A stretch of DNA of 64,000 bases, from contig JBAYGU010000001.1 of the NCBI GenBank assembly GCA_041666505.1, positions 477 through 64,476 on the forward strand, given 5' to 3'. Positions 46,102-55,458 of the stretch are shown piece by piece. This stretch comes from Candidatus Buchananbacteria bacterium (GTDB taxonomy: Bacteria; Patescibacteriota; Patescibacteriia; 2-01-FULL-39-33). Both the position numbers and the translations under genes were made by a program. Every line of letters begins with the position of its first letter. Position 1 is the first letter of the stretch. The notes under the pieces were generated by a model that was given only the letters and a program-made list of their open reading frames with translations, was not told where the DNA came from and searched no databases.

Positions 46102-47628
46102 TTATCTTGCATATTCAACCACTCTCTTCTCCCTAATGACATTGACTTTGATTTCGCCCGGATATTTGAGTTCGGCTTCGATCTTTTCGGCGATATCCTT
46201 GGCCATCTTGATGGCGCCCAAATCATCGATCTGATCAGGCGTGACAAAGACGCGGACTTCCCGGCCGGCGGCAATAGCATAGACTTTTTCCACGCCGGTG
46301 AAAGACAAGGCGATTTTCTCCAATTCCTCCAACCGTTGCAGATAATTCTCGTAAGAATCCTTGCGAGCGCCTTCACGAGCGCCGCTAATGGCATCTGCCA
46401 CCTTGACGATGACCGCTTCCAAAGTCGACGGCTTGTCATTATGATGCTCGAAGACGCCGACAATGACATCATCCTGCACATTGAATTTCTTACAGATGTC
46501 GCGGCCGATTTCCGGATGAGTTCCGGCAACTTCATGATCGACAGCCTTGCCAATATCATGTAGTAAGCCTGATTTCTTGGCCACAGCCACATTAGCGCCC
46601 AGTTCCTCCGCCAACATGCCGGAAAGAATCGCCACTTCAGTGGAATGATTCAAAATATTCTGGCCATAAGATGTCCTGTATTTTAAACGGCCCAAAATCT
46701 GGACTAATTTCGGATCTAATCCGGCGATACCGAGTTCATAAACAGCATTCTCACCGGCTTTCTTTATTTCGACCGCCAATTCCTGTTTGGCTTCTGCAAT
46801 AGTTTCTTCTATCCGTCCCGGATGGATGCGGCCGTCAAAAATCAATTTTTCAATCGCCCGCTTGGCCACTTGGCGCCTGATCGGAGAGAATGATGAAAGA
46901 GTTATGGCTTGAGGCGTGTCATCAATAATAATTTCTACGCCGGTCAGCTGCTCTATTGTCTTAATATTTCTGCCTTCACGGCCGATGATCCTGCCCTTCA
47001 TTTCGTCTGACGGCAAAGATACGGTCGATGACGTGGTTTCTGCGGCATGGCTCGAAGCGCAACGCTCAATGACGACAGACAAGACTTCCTTAGCTTTCTT
47101 CTCAAACTCATCGGATGCGCCCTCTTCCAATTTCTTGATGCGCTGCACCAGATTTTCCGCAATCATCTTTTCTGCGTTGTCCATCAAGATCTTTTCTGCT
47201 TCCGGCTTGGTGAAGCCGGCAATTTTTTCTAATTTCGCCAACTGATCCTCTTTGATCTTCTGGATTTCTTCTTTCGATTTGATGATCTTTTCTGCCTTGT
47301 CGGCTAAATCAGTTTTTTGATTCTCCAGATCCAACAGCTTCTGGTCGAACATTGTTTCGCGCTTTTCCAATCTAGTCTTAGCGCCTTCCATTTCCACTTT
47401 GACTTGTTTGGCTTCAACTTTGGCATCCTCAATTATCTTGATTGATTTTTCCTGCGAAGCCAAAAGCATTTCCTTCTGCTTCGCTTTAGCCTCAACGATC
47501 ATTTTTTCCACTTTCGCCTCGATGCTATCCTTCCGTTTCTGCGCCCAGGATTTGCGTACCAAATAGCCTCCGGTCATGCCGATGGCGAATGTAATGATGG
47601 CAATTACTGCCGAAATGATTATTTCCAT
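46102..47628 (-). CDS. rny: Ribonuclease Y
   Basis: N-terminal TM, coiled coil, KGRIIGREGRNI KH domain, HD motif LLHDIGK, AGREVRV. Confidence 0.96.
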   Translation of the reverse strand: MEIIISAVIAIITFAIGMTGGYLVRKSWAQKRKDSIEAKVEKMIVEAKAKQKEMLLASQEKSIKIIEDAKVEAKQVKVEMEGAKTRLEKRETMFDQKLLDLENQKTDLADKAEKIIKSKEEIQKIKEDQLAKLEKIAGFTKPEAEKILMDNAEKMIAENLVQRIKKLEEGASDEFEKKAKEVLSVVIERCASSHAAETTSSTVSLPSDEMKGRIIGREGRNIKTIEQLTGVEIIIDDTPQAITLSSFSPIRRQVAKRAIEKLIFDGRIHPGRIEETIAEAKQELAVEIKKAGENAVYELGIAGLDPKLVQILGRLKYRTSYGQNILNHSTEVAILSGMLAEELGANVAVAKKSGLLHDIGKAVDHEVAGTHPEIGRDICKKFNVQDDVIVGVFEHHNDKPSTLEAVIVKVADAISGAREGARKDSYENYLQRLEELEKIALSFTGVEKVYAIAAGREVRVFVTPDQIDDLGAIKMAKDIAEKIEAELKYPGEIKVNVIREKRVVEYAR

Positions 47629-47649
47629 ATATCTCCTTCATGCTGAAAA

Positions 47650-47870
47650 GGAGAATTTCTGAGCGTGCTTACGCGGTGCTGTCCTGCCGTTTCAAATACG
47701 GCGATGAAATGAGAGGTTATTTACCGAATTGGCAATAAAAATACACGGCTTTAATCGCCGTTTTTAACGCTATTTAACTTTTGCTGAGACTTTCGGTAAA
47801 GAGTTTTCATGAGATTAATTCGCTAAAATTGGACAAAAAACCGCATAACGCCATGCCATCAGAAATTCCG
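47650..47870 (-). ncRNA. ssrS: Probable 6S RNA
   Basis: ~216-nt rod: GAAUUUCUGA/UCAGAAAUUC closing stem, central bubble with 3' hairpin, UUUACCGAA/UUCGGUAAA, terminal loop; promoter TTGACT...TATAAT at 47902-47930; upstream of rny. Confidence 0.68.
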
Positions 47871-47957
47871 CTGTTTCTACATTATTATTAATACTGCATT
47901 CATTATATCAATAAATACTGCAATAGTCAATTACAAAGAATCACTACATTTTGCGGG

Positions 47958-48533
47958 TTATTTAACGATTTTATCGATTACGCCGTAATCGATCGCCTCT
48001 TCGGACGACATGAAGTAATCGCGATCGGTATCTTTCTCTATCTGGGCCAAGGTCTTATTGGTATGCTTGGTCAAAATCTTATCCAACTTGCTTTTGACTT
48101 TCAGGATATGCTCGGCGCGGATCTTGATATCGGTCGCCTGTCCTTCGGCTCCGCCCATAACCTGATGGATCATAATCTCGGAATTAGGCAAGCTCAATCT
48201 TTTGCCTTTGGCGCCGCCAGCGAGAATGACCGCCGCCATGGAAGCGGCCGTACCGACGCAAATCGTCGAGACATCAGCCTTGACGTGCTGCATCGTATCG
48301 TAAATGGCCAGGCCAGCAGAGACTGAGCCGCCAGGTGAATTGATGTATAATTTAATGTCTGTCTTGCCATCTTCGCTGTCCAAAAACAACAGCTGGGCGA
48401 TGACCGTATTGGCGACAGCGTCATCGATCGGCGAGCCCAAGAAAATTATGCGATCCTTAAGCAGGCGCGAATAGATGTCATAAGCACGCTCGCCTTGCGA
48501 AGTTTTTTCTAGAACTGTCGGGATCAAGTACAT
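47958..48533 (-). CDS. clpP: ATP-dependent Clp protease proteolytic subunit
   Basis: [33 protein letters not shown]. Confidence 0.96.
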   Translation of the reverse strand: MYLIPTVLEKTSQGERAYDIYSRLLKDRIIFLGSPIDDAVANTVIAQLLFLDSEDGKTDIKLYINSPGGSVSAGLAIYDTMQHVKADVSTICVGTAASMAAVILAGGAKGKRLSLPNSEIMIHQVMGGAEGQATDIKIRAEHILKVKSKLDKILTKHTNKTLAQIEKDTDRDYFMSSEEAIDYGVIDKIVK

Positions 48534-48536
48534 AAA

Positions 48537-48764
48537 TTATCTGTTTAATAATTCAAAATATCTCTCGCGGCTGATGCCGGCTGTGCGCAATAAATTCCTA
48601 ATTATAAAAACCGGAACCTCATCATACCTCGGAATGACCAAAGGACGAAAAGCGCCGGCCCTAATATATATAATATGATCGCCTTTTGTGCGGCTGTATA
48701 CAAAACCTTCAACCAAGAAAATATCGCAAAGCTTGATATAGCTGATGGGCGACATTTTCGGCAT
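48537..48764 (-). CDS. HicA-like toxin
   Basis: GF...R.KGDH, IP, IRN.L..AGISRE. Confidence 0.75.
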   Translation of the reverse strand: MPKMSPISYIKLCDIFLVEGFVYSRTKGDHIIYIRAGAFRPLVIPRYDEVPVFIIRNLLRTAGISRERYFELLNR

Positions 48765-48767
48765 AAA

Positions 48768-49037
48768 TTAAATGGCCAGCTTCATTTTTTCGTAAGCAAT
48801 GATTTCCGGCGCCTGCCAAAAACGGTCAAAAATGAATCCTGACTCCTTTAAAATACTGTCCAAGGTGCCGAGTTTTTCCGCCTCTTCAAAAAATAATTCT
48901 ATTGCCTCGGTCAAATTATTCCTGGCTGATTCGACAGTAACGCCGCAAGATGAAATATCCAATTGCGGCGCGTAAGCGACAAATTTATCGCCCTCCTGCC
49001 AAATTTCACTATTAAATTGTATATTAGTGTTTGCCAT
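48768..49037 (-). CDS. HicB-like antitoxin
   Basis: EGDKFVAYAPQLDISSCG.T...A..NL.EAIEL; ATG 49037 preferred. Confidence 0.78.
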   Translation of the reverse strand: MANTNIQFNSEIWQEGDKFVAYAPQLDISSCGVTVESARNNLTEAIELFFEEAEKLGTLDSILKESGFIFDRFWQAPEIIAYEKMKLAI

Positions 49038-49083
49038 AATTATTGGTTCATTAATTACAATATAATCTTTTCCCGCTATTATG

Positions 49084-50031
49084 TCAAATGACAATCAGTT
49101 CCCCATCCTTTTCAACCACCTGCCAATTGACGGTAAAGCCTGAGGCTTTTTTGTGGCCGCCGCCGCCGAATTGCGAGCAAAAAGCCAACAAGTCGATATC
49201 TTCCCGCTTGGTGCGCCAGCTGGCCTTGACCCGGTTCGGGCTGATGCGGAAAAGCGCCGTCGCGTTGACATCGACTATGGCATTTAGGAAATTCGCCAAA
49301 CCGTCGAGCTCGTCTTCCTTGACCCGGTGATTCTTAAAATCATCATCGAAGATATAAGTATAAGCGATATTCAATTCCTTATTGAATTTTATCCGCGACA
49401 GGATTTCTCCCCACAGCCGCAAGCCCTCAATCGTCTTATTCCTGACGACATAATTGAAGATCTGATGTATCTTGATGCCGACTTTTATCAGCTCGGATGC
49501 AATCTTGATCGTTTCGCTTTTAGTCGTATTATGGATGAAGCCGGAAGTGTCACCCAAGATGCCGGCCAGAAGATTGGTCGCCACGCGCTTATCGATCGGA
49601 TAACCGATAGCCAGAAAATAATTATAAGCGATCTCGCAAGTCGAGCTGGCCTTGGCATCAATCAAATTCACTAAACCATAAGAGTTATTGGAAATATGAT
49701 GATCAATATTTAAAATTGCCTTTCCCTTGAATAGCTCCTCATCCAAGCGGGTATTGCTGATCGAGCCGCAGTCGAGAAAAAAATACAAATCCCAACGTTC
49801 GTCAAAAACGCTCTTATCGCAAGTTACTTCATCAATGCCTGGCATGAAATGCAGGTACGACGGTGCTATATCAGCTGTATAGACTTTTACCTCTTTGCCT
49901 AGTGATTTTAAGTAAATATAAAAGCTCAAATTGGCGCCCAAAGTATCCTCATCCGGCCGTTGATGGCCGATGAGCAGAATCCTTTGCGAGCGCAATAGCA
50001 ACTGATCAATTTGTCGATAAATATCTGTCAT
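49084..50031 (-). CDS. nrnA: DHH/DHHA1 phosphoesterase (NrnA-like)
   Basis: H.RPDED, DCG, IDHH, DTSGF, S.R, GGGGHKKASG. Confidence 0.88.
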   Translation of the reverse strand: MTDIYRQIDQLLLRSQRILLIGHQRPDEDTLGANLSFYIYLKSLGKEVKVYTADIAPSYLHFMPGIDEVTCDKSVFDERWDLYFFLDCGSISNTRLDEELFKGKAILNIDHHISNNSYGLVNLIDAKASSTCEIAYNYFLAIGYPIDKRVATNLLAGILGDTSGFIHNTTKSETIKIASELIKVGIKIHQIFNYVVRNKTIEGLRLWGEILSRIKFNKELNIAYTYIFDDDFKNHRVKEDELDGLANFLNAIVDVNATALFRISPNRVKASWRTKREDIDLLAFCSQFGGGGHKKASGFTVNWQVVEKDGELIVI

Positions 50032-50110
50032 AAACAATTCATCAGCTTAACTTATTATCGGTATTCTGTCAAACTAATAATTATGATATAATTTACTTAT
50101 TAGATATTTT

Positions 50111-50223
50111 CCCTCCCCTTTTTTCAAAGGGGAGGCTAGGAGGGGTTTTGTTGGAATTAATTAAACCCCCTTTCGATGCTCCTTATGGTCGCATCCGAAT
50201 CCCCCTTTGAAAAAGGTGGAGAA
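50111..50223. repeat. Pair of palindromic elements, intergenic
   Basis: 50111-50148 inverted copy; 50163-50223 forward copy with an internal GATGC...GCATC hairpin insertion. Confidence 0.85.
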
Positions 50224-50247
50224 TAATGCAACTCAATAATTAAATCT

Positions 50248-51315
50248 ATGAACCTAGATAACATACAGGCCATAAGGAAGCTGGACAAGGAAAATGTCGC
50301 AGCCTCGATCAATAATCTGCCCAAGCAATTGATGGCCTCATGGGAAACGGCGAAGAAAATAAAAATACCGCCAACATTCGGCAAGGCGGAGAATATTATT
50401 TTCTGCGGCATGGGCGGATCCAATTTGGCATCCGAACTATTAAAACGAGTCTATGGCGCAAAAATCAAAGTGCCGATGGTGCTCGTCCGCAGCTATAATC
50501 TGCCAGCCTTCGCCGGAAAAAATTCACTCATAATCATCGACAGTTATTCCGGCAATACCGAAGAAACCGTAAATTGCCTTAACCAAGCAATCAAATTAAA
50601 AGCAAAAATTATTTGCATTTCCAGTGGAGGCAAGATCGAGCAGTTGGCCAAGCGCAATAAATTAGTTCACTTTAAGCTCAACCCGGCATACAACCCATCA
50701 GGACAGCCACGCTATGATGTCGGCTCGCAATTAGGTACGACGCTCGTGATTTTCAACAAATTAAAATTCATTTCCATTTCCGACAAAGAAATTTCTGATG
50801 TTTCTGCCAAATTGATCGAATTGGGAATAAATATCTCGCCATCGGCAAAACTGAGATTAAATTTTACCAAGCAGATGGCGCAAAGACTCATTGGCAATAG
50901 CATATATATTGTCTCCAGCGAATACCTATCCGCCAACGCCCATATCCTCTCCAATCAAATCAATGAAAGTGCCAAGCAACTCGCCAGCCCCTACAAGATT
51001 CCCGAATTGAATCATCATTTTTTAGAGGCACTTACGTATCCGAAAAAAATCATCCGTGATACAGCTTTTATATTCTTAGTCTCAATGGATTTCAATGAGC
51101 GGATTATGAAACGTTTTATTACTACAAAGAGAATACTAGATCAGAAGGGCATCGCCAATTACACTATTACCGCCAAGACGCAAGGAGCCTTGAATCAATC
51201 CTTGGAAATACTGGCCATCGGCAGTTGGGTCAGCTTTTACCTTGCCATGGCCAACGGTGTTGACCCGGCAGAGATACCATGGGTCGATTACTTCAAGCAG
51301 GAACTGGAAAAATAA
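50248..51315 (+). CDS. Bifunctional phosphoglucose/phosphomannose isomerase (SIS domains)
   Basis: GMGGS, SYSGNTEET, QPR, NESAK, PELNHH. Confidence 0.9.
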   Translation: MNLDNIQAIRKLDKENVAASINNLPKQLMASWETAKKIKIPPTFGKAENIIFCGMGGSNLASELLKRVYGAKIKVPMVLVRSYNLPAFAGKNSLIIIDSYSGNTEETVNCLNQAIKLKAKIICISSGGKIEQLAKRNKLVHFKLNPAYNPSGQPRYDVGSQLGTTLVIFNKLKFISISDKEISDVSAKLIELGINISPSAKLRLNFTKQMAQRLIGNSIYIVSSEYLSANAHILSNQINESAKQLASPYKIPELNHHFLEALTYPKKIIRDTAFIFLVSMDFNERIMKRFITTKRILDQKGIANYTITAKTQGALNQSLEILAIGSWVSFYLAMANGVDPAEIPWVDYFKQELEK

Positions 51316-51321
51316 ACTGAA

Positions 51322-51354
51322 TAAAAAAAGAGGCGTCGAATCGGCGCCTCTTTT
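51322..51354. terminator. Bidirectional terminator
   Basis: aaaagaggcg...cgcctctttt. Confidence 0.8.
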
Positions 51355-51368
51355 ATAAAATGCAAATA

Positions 51369-51776
51369 CTAGCCCTTCAAAACATTATTAGTCAAATTAT
51401 CCATAACGAAGGCAGTGATAGCATAAGCAGCAAAAATAATAATGATACCAATAATAGCCTGCTGGATCATTTTTTTCGCTTTTTCTACTTTCTTGCCTTC
51501 TCCGCCATCAGTCATCCAAAGGAACCCAGCCCAAATAATGTAAAGTACCAAAAGCACGCCTAAAAATCCGATTAATATTGATACTAAACTTCCAATCCAT
51601 AAAACCAAATCCTGACTAGTTCCGGTACCAGAAAGCTGCGCATTAGTGTTAAAAGCATTCAAATTAGCCAGCCAACCATCATTGGCGCCAAAAGCCACCA
51701 ACGGCATGCCCATCAGCACGCTCAATCCGGCAAACGATGTCAAATACTTGCCGTATTTTTTTAATGTTTTCTTCAT
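51369..51776 (-). CDS. TrbC/VirB2-like pilin
   Basis: Signal peptide plus two TM; GFLWMTDGG...V.KAKK.I..AIIG..II..AY. Confidence 0.8.
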   Translation of the reverse strand: MKKTLKKYGKYLTSFAGLSVLMGMPLVAFGANDGWLANLNAFNTNAQLSGTGTSQDLVLWIGSLVSILIGFLGVLLVLYIIWAGFLWMTDGGEGKKVEKAKKMIQQAIIGIIIIFAAYAITAFVMDNLTNNVLKG

Positions 51777-51807
51777 AGTTTTTTTTATTTTAGTTATTAT
51801 ATTTTTA

Positions 51808-52248
51808 TTAATATGGATATACCTGCCCCGGCCCTCCCGGAAATAAAGGATCTAATATTGGCTGACCAGATTGGTTTGTCGTCTTGCTTAAACTGCTCAT
51901 CACGAATTGCGTAATACCATAAGCGGCGAAAACTATTATCAATCCGATCACCGCATTTTTTATCATGTCTTTGGCAGTCTGCACTTTTTTAGCATCATCC
52001 GCGGATAAAAATCCCCACATTATGCCGGCATAAATCAGCACCAGCACCAAGGCGACGCCTAAAAGAGATAAGACAACCCCGACTATAGAGCCGATAAACT
52101 TGACTATGTCGGAATTTTTCTTCAAGTCTGATCCGGCAGCGACATCCAAATTACTATACAAGCCGCCAGCCAGCGCGAACTGCGCGCCAAAAACCAAAAA
52201 AATGACAACAAATGAGATGATTGAATTTCTTATGTATTTATGATTCAT
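51808..52248 (-). CDS. TrbC/VirB2-like pilin
   Basis: YAG..W...AK..IKNAVIGL.I...AY. Confidence 0.8.
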   Translation of the reverse strand: MNHKYIRNSIISFVVIFLVFGAQFALAGGLYSNLDVAAGSDLKKNSDIVKFIGSIVGVVLSLLGVALVLVLIYAGIMWGFLSADDAKKVQTAKDMIKNAVIGLIIVFAAYGITQFVMSSLSKTTNQSGQPILDPLFPGGPGQVYPY

Positions 52249-52307
52249 AACGTAATTCTTATTCCAAGGGGCTCGATAAATCGAAGCCCCTATGGAATAA
52301 AATATTA

Positions 52308-52694
52308 TTAAGCGCCGATAGTGGTGCCTGTAATGGTTTGCAATTGAGAGAAAACAAAACTGGCGATAGCGTAAGAAGCAAAAATAATTATCAAGCCGAT
52401 AATGCCTGAGTAAATCATTTTCTTGGCCTTGTCTACCTTATCCGGCTCGCCGACTGCAGTCATCCAAATGAAGCCTCCCCAAAGGATGATAAGGACTGCG
52501 ATAACGCCCAAGAATCCAAGGATAACCTGGATTATGCCTTTGATCAAATCACTTAAGGTAGTGGTGCCCAGTCCCAAATCAGTCATCTGTGGAATATCTC
52601 CGGCAGCTCCGGCGATAGTCGGCAAGGCTAATAGCCCCAGCACGCCCAGAGTCATGGCTCCGGCAAACATTTTTTTCGTTGTAATTTTTTTCAT
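52308..52694 (-). CDS. TrbC/VirB2-like pilin (probable major)
   Basis: GGF.WMTA.G...KV.KAKK.I..GIIGL; strong RBS and downstream hairpin 52255-52298. Confidence 0.82.
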   Translation of the reverse strand: MKKITTKKMFAGAMTLGVLGLLALPTIAGAAGDIPQMTDLGLGTTTLSDLIKGIIQVILGFLGVIAVLIILWGGFIWMTAVGEPDKVDKAKKMIYSGIIGLIIIFASYAIASFVFSQLQTITGTTIGA

Positions 52695-52839
52695 GTTTTC
52701 ACCCCCTTTCTCTGTCCAGTGCCCGCCGACCGCCGGTCGCCAATGGCGGAAGCGAGTACGGATAGCAGAGGAAATTGAGACGGCAATTCGGCCATCCCTT
52801 AATATATGAATTAATTATACAGTAAATTGAGCGACATTC

Positions 52840-53190
52840 CTAGCCAGGCGCTTGCAAGACATTCCTTAAGAAGAAAGTGATTACAGCGTAGGCAGTGAAT
52901 ATTATGAATAAGCCCAAAACCGCGTATTTCATCATCTCTTTGCCTTTGTCCACATTCTTCGGATTGACACCCGCCAGCAGATACAGCAATCCGCCATATA
53001 TGAATGCTATGAGAGCGAGAACGCCGGAAATTCCTAATGCCGCTTGAATGAATCTATTGGCTAGAAGCGGAATTGGATTACCAGATTCCAAGCCCAAGGG
53101 ATCGCCTATTTGAACGGCCGCTGCTGCAATTGAGGGCAGGATCAATGAGCCTAAAGCTAATATGGAAAATATTATTTTTTTCATAAACAT
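52840..53190 (-). CDS. TrbC/VirB2-like pilin
   Basis: IYGG..YL.AG.....KGK....AVLGL. Confidence 0.8.
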   Translation of the reverse strand: MFMKKIIFSILALGSLILPSIAAAAVQIGDPLGLESGNPIPLLANRFIQAALGISGVLALIAFIYGGLLYLLAGVNPKNVDKGKEMMKYAVLGLFIIFTAYAVITFFLRNVLQAPG

Positions 53191-53211
53191 TACAATTTTT
53201 AATTAAGCAAA

Positions 53212-54003
53212 TTAATCAGTATATTCGCAAGAACAATTAAAGTAACCCGGCTGACTCGGAGAAGTAACCGCATTGAATGACCTTGAAACAGTATTAAGTC
53301 TTGTACATACAGCCAAACAAGAAACTTGTGCTTTTTCATCTCCATTAGCTCTTAACGAATCAGTCTTATAAAATGTAGTAACCGCTTGAATTTGTCCATC
53401 AGGCCTAACCGTTCCTGCTGGAACCTCAGATGACCCTGTTGAACCAGTAGCCGCCGCACTCGGAGCCTGAGTATCATATCCTTGGCAAACGCCCCAGCCG
53501 GCTGAACCGCTCACATTCCCGGTTATTTTCGATAACATATTCATTTTATCCGTGCCGCCGATGAGTGTCAGGATAACAAAATTCATAATGGAATAGCCAC
53601 CGAAAATAAAAGCCAAACCAATTATAACCGCCTTTAAAGTTCCTTTGGCTTTTTCCAGATTGGCGGGATTAAATGATACAGTCAAATACATTAAACCGGC
53701 ATAAACGAACATCAAGATAGCCACTGCGCCACTAACAGCCACAATCATATTGGACGCGTTAACGAATACTTGGATGAAATCGCACAAGCCGCATGGCCCG
53801 GAAGCAACAAATGCCGTAGCAGCCTGAGGACCATTCTGTCCCTGAATCGTAGTCGGAGTCTGAGCGCCGCCAGTCGCGCATTTTACATTCGCCAAAATCG
53901 AATTGGACATATCAATTGCCGCCCAAGCCGGAGTCGCAAAAAAAATTGCGGCGATAAGCGCCATGGCGATACTAATTGACTTGATTGGCTTAGAAATAAT
54001 CAC
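53212..54003 (-). CDS. Pilin-like protein with Cys-containing extensions
   Basis: C.LCD before pilin TM pair (YAG..YL....EKAK..L...IIGL); C-terminal Cys-rich domain. Confidence 0.75.
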   Translation of the reverse strand: MIISKPIKSISIAMALIAAIFFATPAWAAIDMSNSILANVKCATGGAQTPTTIQGQNGPQAATAFVASGPCGLCDFIQVFVNASNMIVAVSGAVAILMFVYAGLMYLTVSFNPANLEKAKGTLKAVIIGLAFIFGGYSIMNFVILTLIGGTDKMNMLSKITGNVSGSAGWGVCQGYDTQAPSAAATGSTGSSEVPAGTVRPDGQIQAVTTFYKTDSLRANGDEKAQVSCLAVCTRLNTVSRSFNAVTSPSQPGYFNCSCEYTD

Positions 54004-54017
54004 AAGGGATAGATAAA

Positions 54018-55421
54018 TTAATTAGATGGAGAAACAATCGTCTGAGCGATTTTCTGAGTCACAATCTGAATTACATCATTAATGCCCTGCGGATCAACTA
54101 CTAATAGGAATCTTTCGGCCATTTCCTTGAAAGCCTGTTCGGCGGCGAGAGCGTCCATGCCATAATACCAAGTCTTGGCAGTCAATGTCTGAGTCGAAGC
54201 TGCATGAAGATCTTCATTTTCCTGCTGCCCGGTTATCAGAGCCTTCTGGGCTGTCGGAGCATTAGTCACCGCCAGATACTTGGTGATTTCTTCCGGCTGA
54301 TTCAAGAAAAGCAGGAAGTTCCAAGCCTCATTCGTATATTTAGATTTTTTGGAAACTGATTCCAGCCAATAATTGGCATAATTGACGGTCGGATTACCCG
54401 GAATCTGCGGGATCGGCGCAATGCCGAAATTCACGCGCGAACTGGCGCGAATCTGGGCTAAGTGATAATTATAGCCGAAAAAGAATCCGACCTTGCCCGC
54501 CATGAAGGCCTGCAAAGAATTGGGCATGGTATTGTTCCAGGAGTAGACGCTTTTTACCGGTGAGGCGAAATCGGCATAGAACTGCAAAGCAGTCTGTCCA
54601 GGATTTACCCGTTTGCCGTCTTTCGTAATGCCAGAGAAGAAGGTGGGCATGTTCCTGACATCGCTCATGATGGCGCCGCTTTGCATCATTAAGACCGAGA
54701 TTATATCGAAGCTTCTTTCTACATTGAATCCCGTTCCCAAGGCGGTTCCGGATTGGATGATATTATTCTCGAACTCGAATTTAGTCGCCTTAATGACTGC
54801 TTCTTGAAAGGCGCTCCATGTTGTCGGAATCTGCGTGATGCCGGACTGGTTAGTTATATCCTTGTTATAGAACATGACCAAGCTATCAAGCGACAGCGGC
54901 AAACCGTAAACTTGATCGCCGATTACGGCATCATTGTAAATGGTATCCGCATATTTATCCTTTATCTGCCTTAAGGTGGGCGCCGTTTCATTCCTGATTT
55001 CTATGACTTTTTCCTTATTCAAATTGAAGAAACTTCCCTTCTCGATGATATAGCCCATCTTGATCTGAGCCGGCATAGGCTGGATCTTTGCCTGGTATTT
55101 CCTTAGCCAGCTTTCCGGTATGGAAAAAATATCCGGCCCGCGATCTTCGGCCAAAGCGTTGATAAGCTCCGTCTCATATTCCTCATAGCGGAACTTGCGG
55201 TAATTTATGGTGATATTCGGGTGTACTGTTTGATAATCCTTGATGACCTGATCGAACGCATCCTGATCATCCCAGACGCGCCAATAATTAAGCGTAATCG
55301 GCTTGACCGCCGCCTGCTGTTCCGCCGTCGTCAGCTTGCAGCCGAAGCCGGACACAGTCAAAAAAACTGCCGCCAGAAAGAGGTAGAGAATTTTATTTAA
55401 TGTCTTCTTCGTCATTGGCAT
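54018..55421 (-). CDS. Extracellular solute-binding lipoprotein (sugar-binding family 1)
   Basis: Lipobox SGFGC; GPDIF, YGLPLS.D.L.MFYNKD, P.TW; start moved to ATG 55421. Confidence 0.85.
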   Translation of the reverse strand: MPMTKKTLNKILYLFLAAVFLTVSGFGCKLTTAEQQAAVKPITLNYWRVWDDQDAFDQVIKDYQTVHPNITINYRKFRYEEYETELINALAEDRGPDIFSIPESWLRKYQAKIQPMPAQIKMGYIIEKGSFFNLNKEKVIEIRNETAPTLRQIKDKYADTIYNDAVIGDQVYGLPLSLDSLVMFYNKDITNQSGITQIPTTWSAFQEAVIKATKFEFENNIIQSGTALGTGFNVERSFDIISVLMMQSGAIMSDVRNMPTFFSGITKDGKRVNPGQTALQFYADFASPVKSVYSWNNTMPNSLQAFMAGKVGFFFGYNYHLAQIRASSRVNFGIAPIPQIPGNPTVNYANYWLESVSKKSKYTNEAWNFLLFLNQPEEITKYLAVTNAPTAQKALITGQQENEDLHAASTQTLTAKTWYYGMDALAAEQAFKEMAERFLLVVDPQGINDVIQIVTQKIAQTIVSPSN

Positions 55422-55458
55422 AATTTGCAATCTCAATATACATTTATTATAACACATT

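Noticed and set aside
47819-47844. Resemblance to the 22-bp cassette motif inside the 6S-like RNA
   Set aside because: About four mismatches in AT-rich sequence and explained by RNA pairing; likely chance
50157-50423. 88-aa minus-strand ORF with PPFSKG
   Set aside because: Antisense to PGI/PMI and reads through the palindromic repeat
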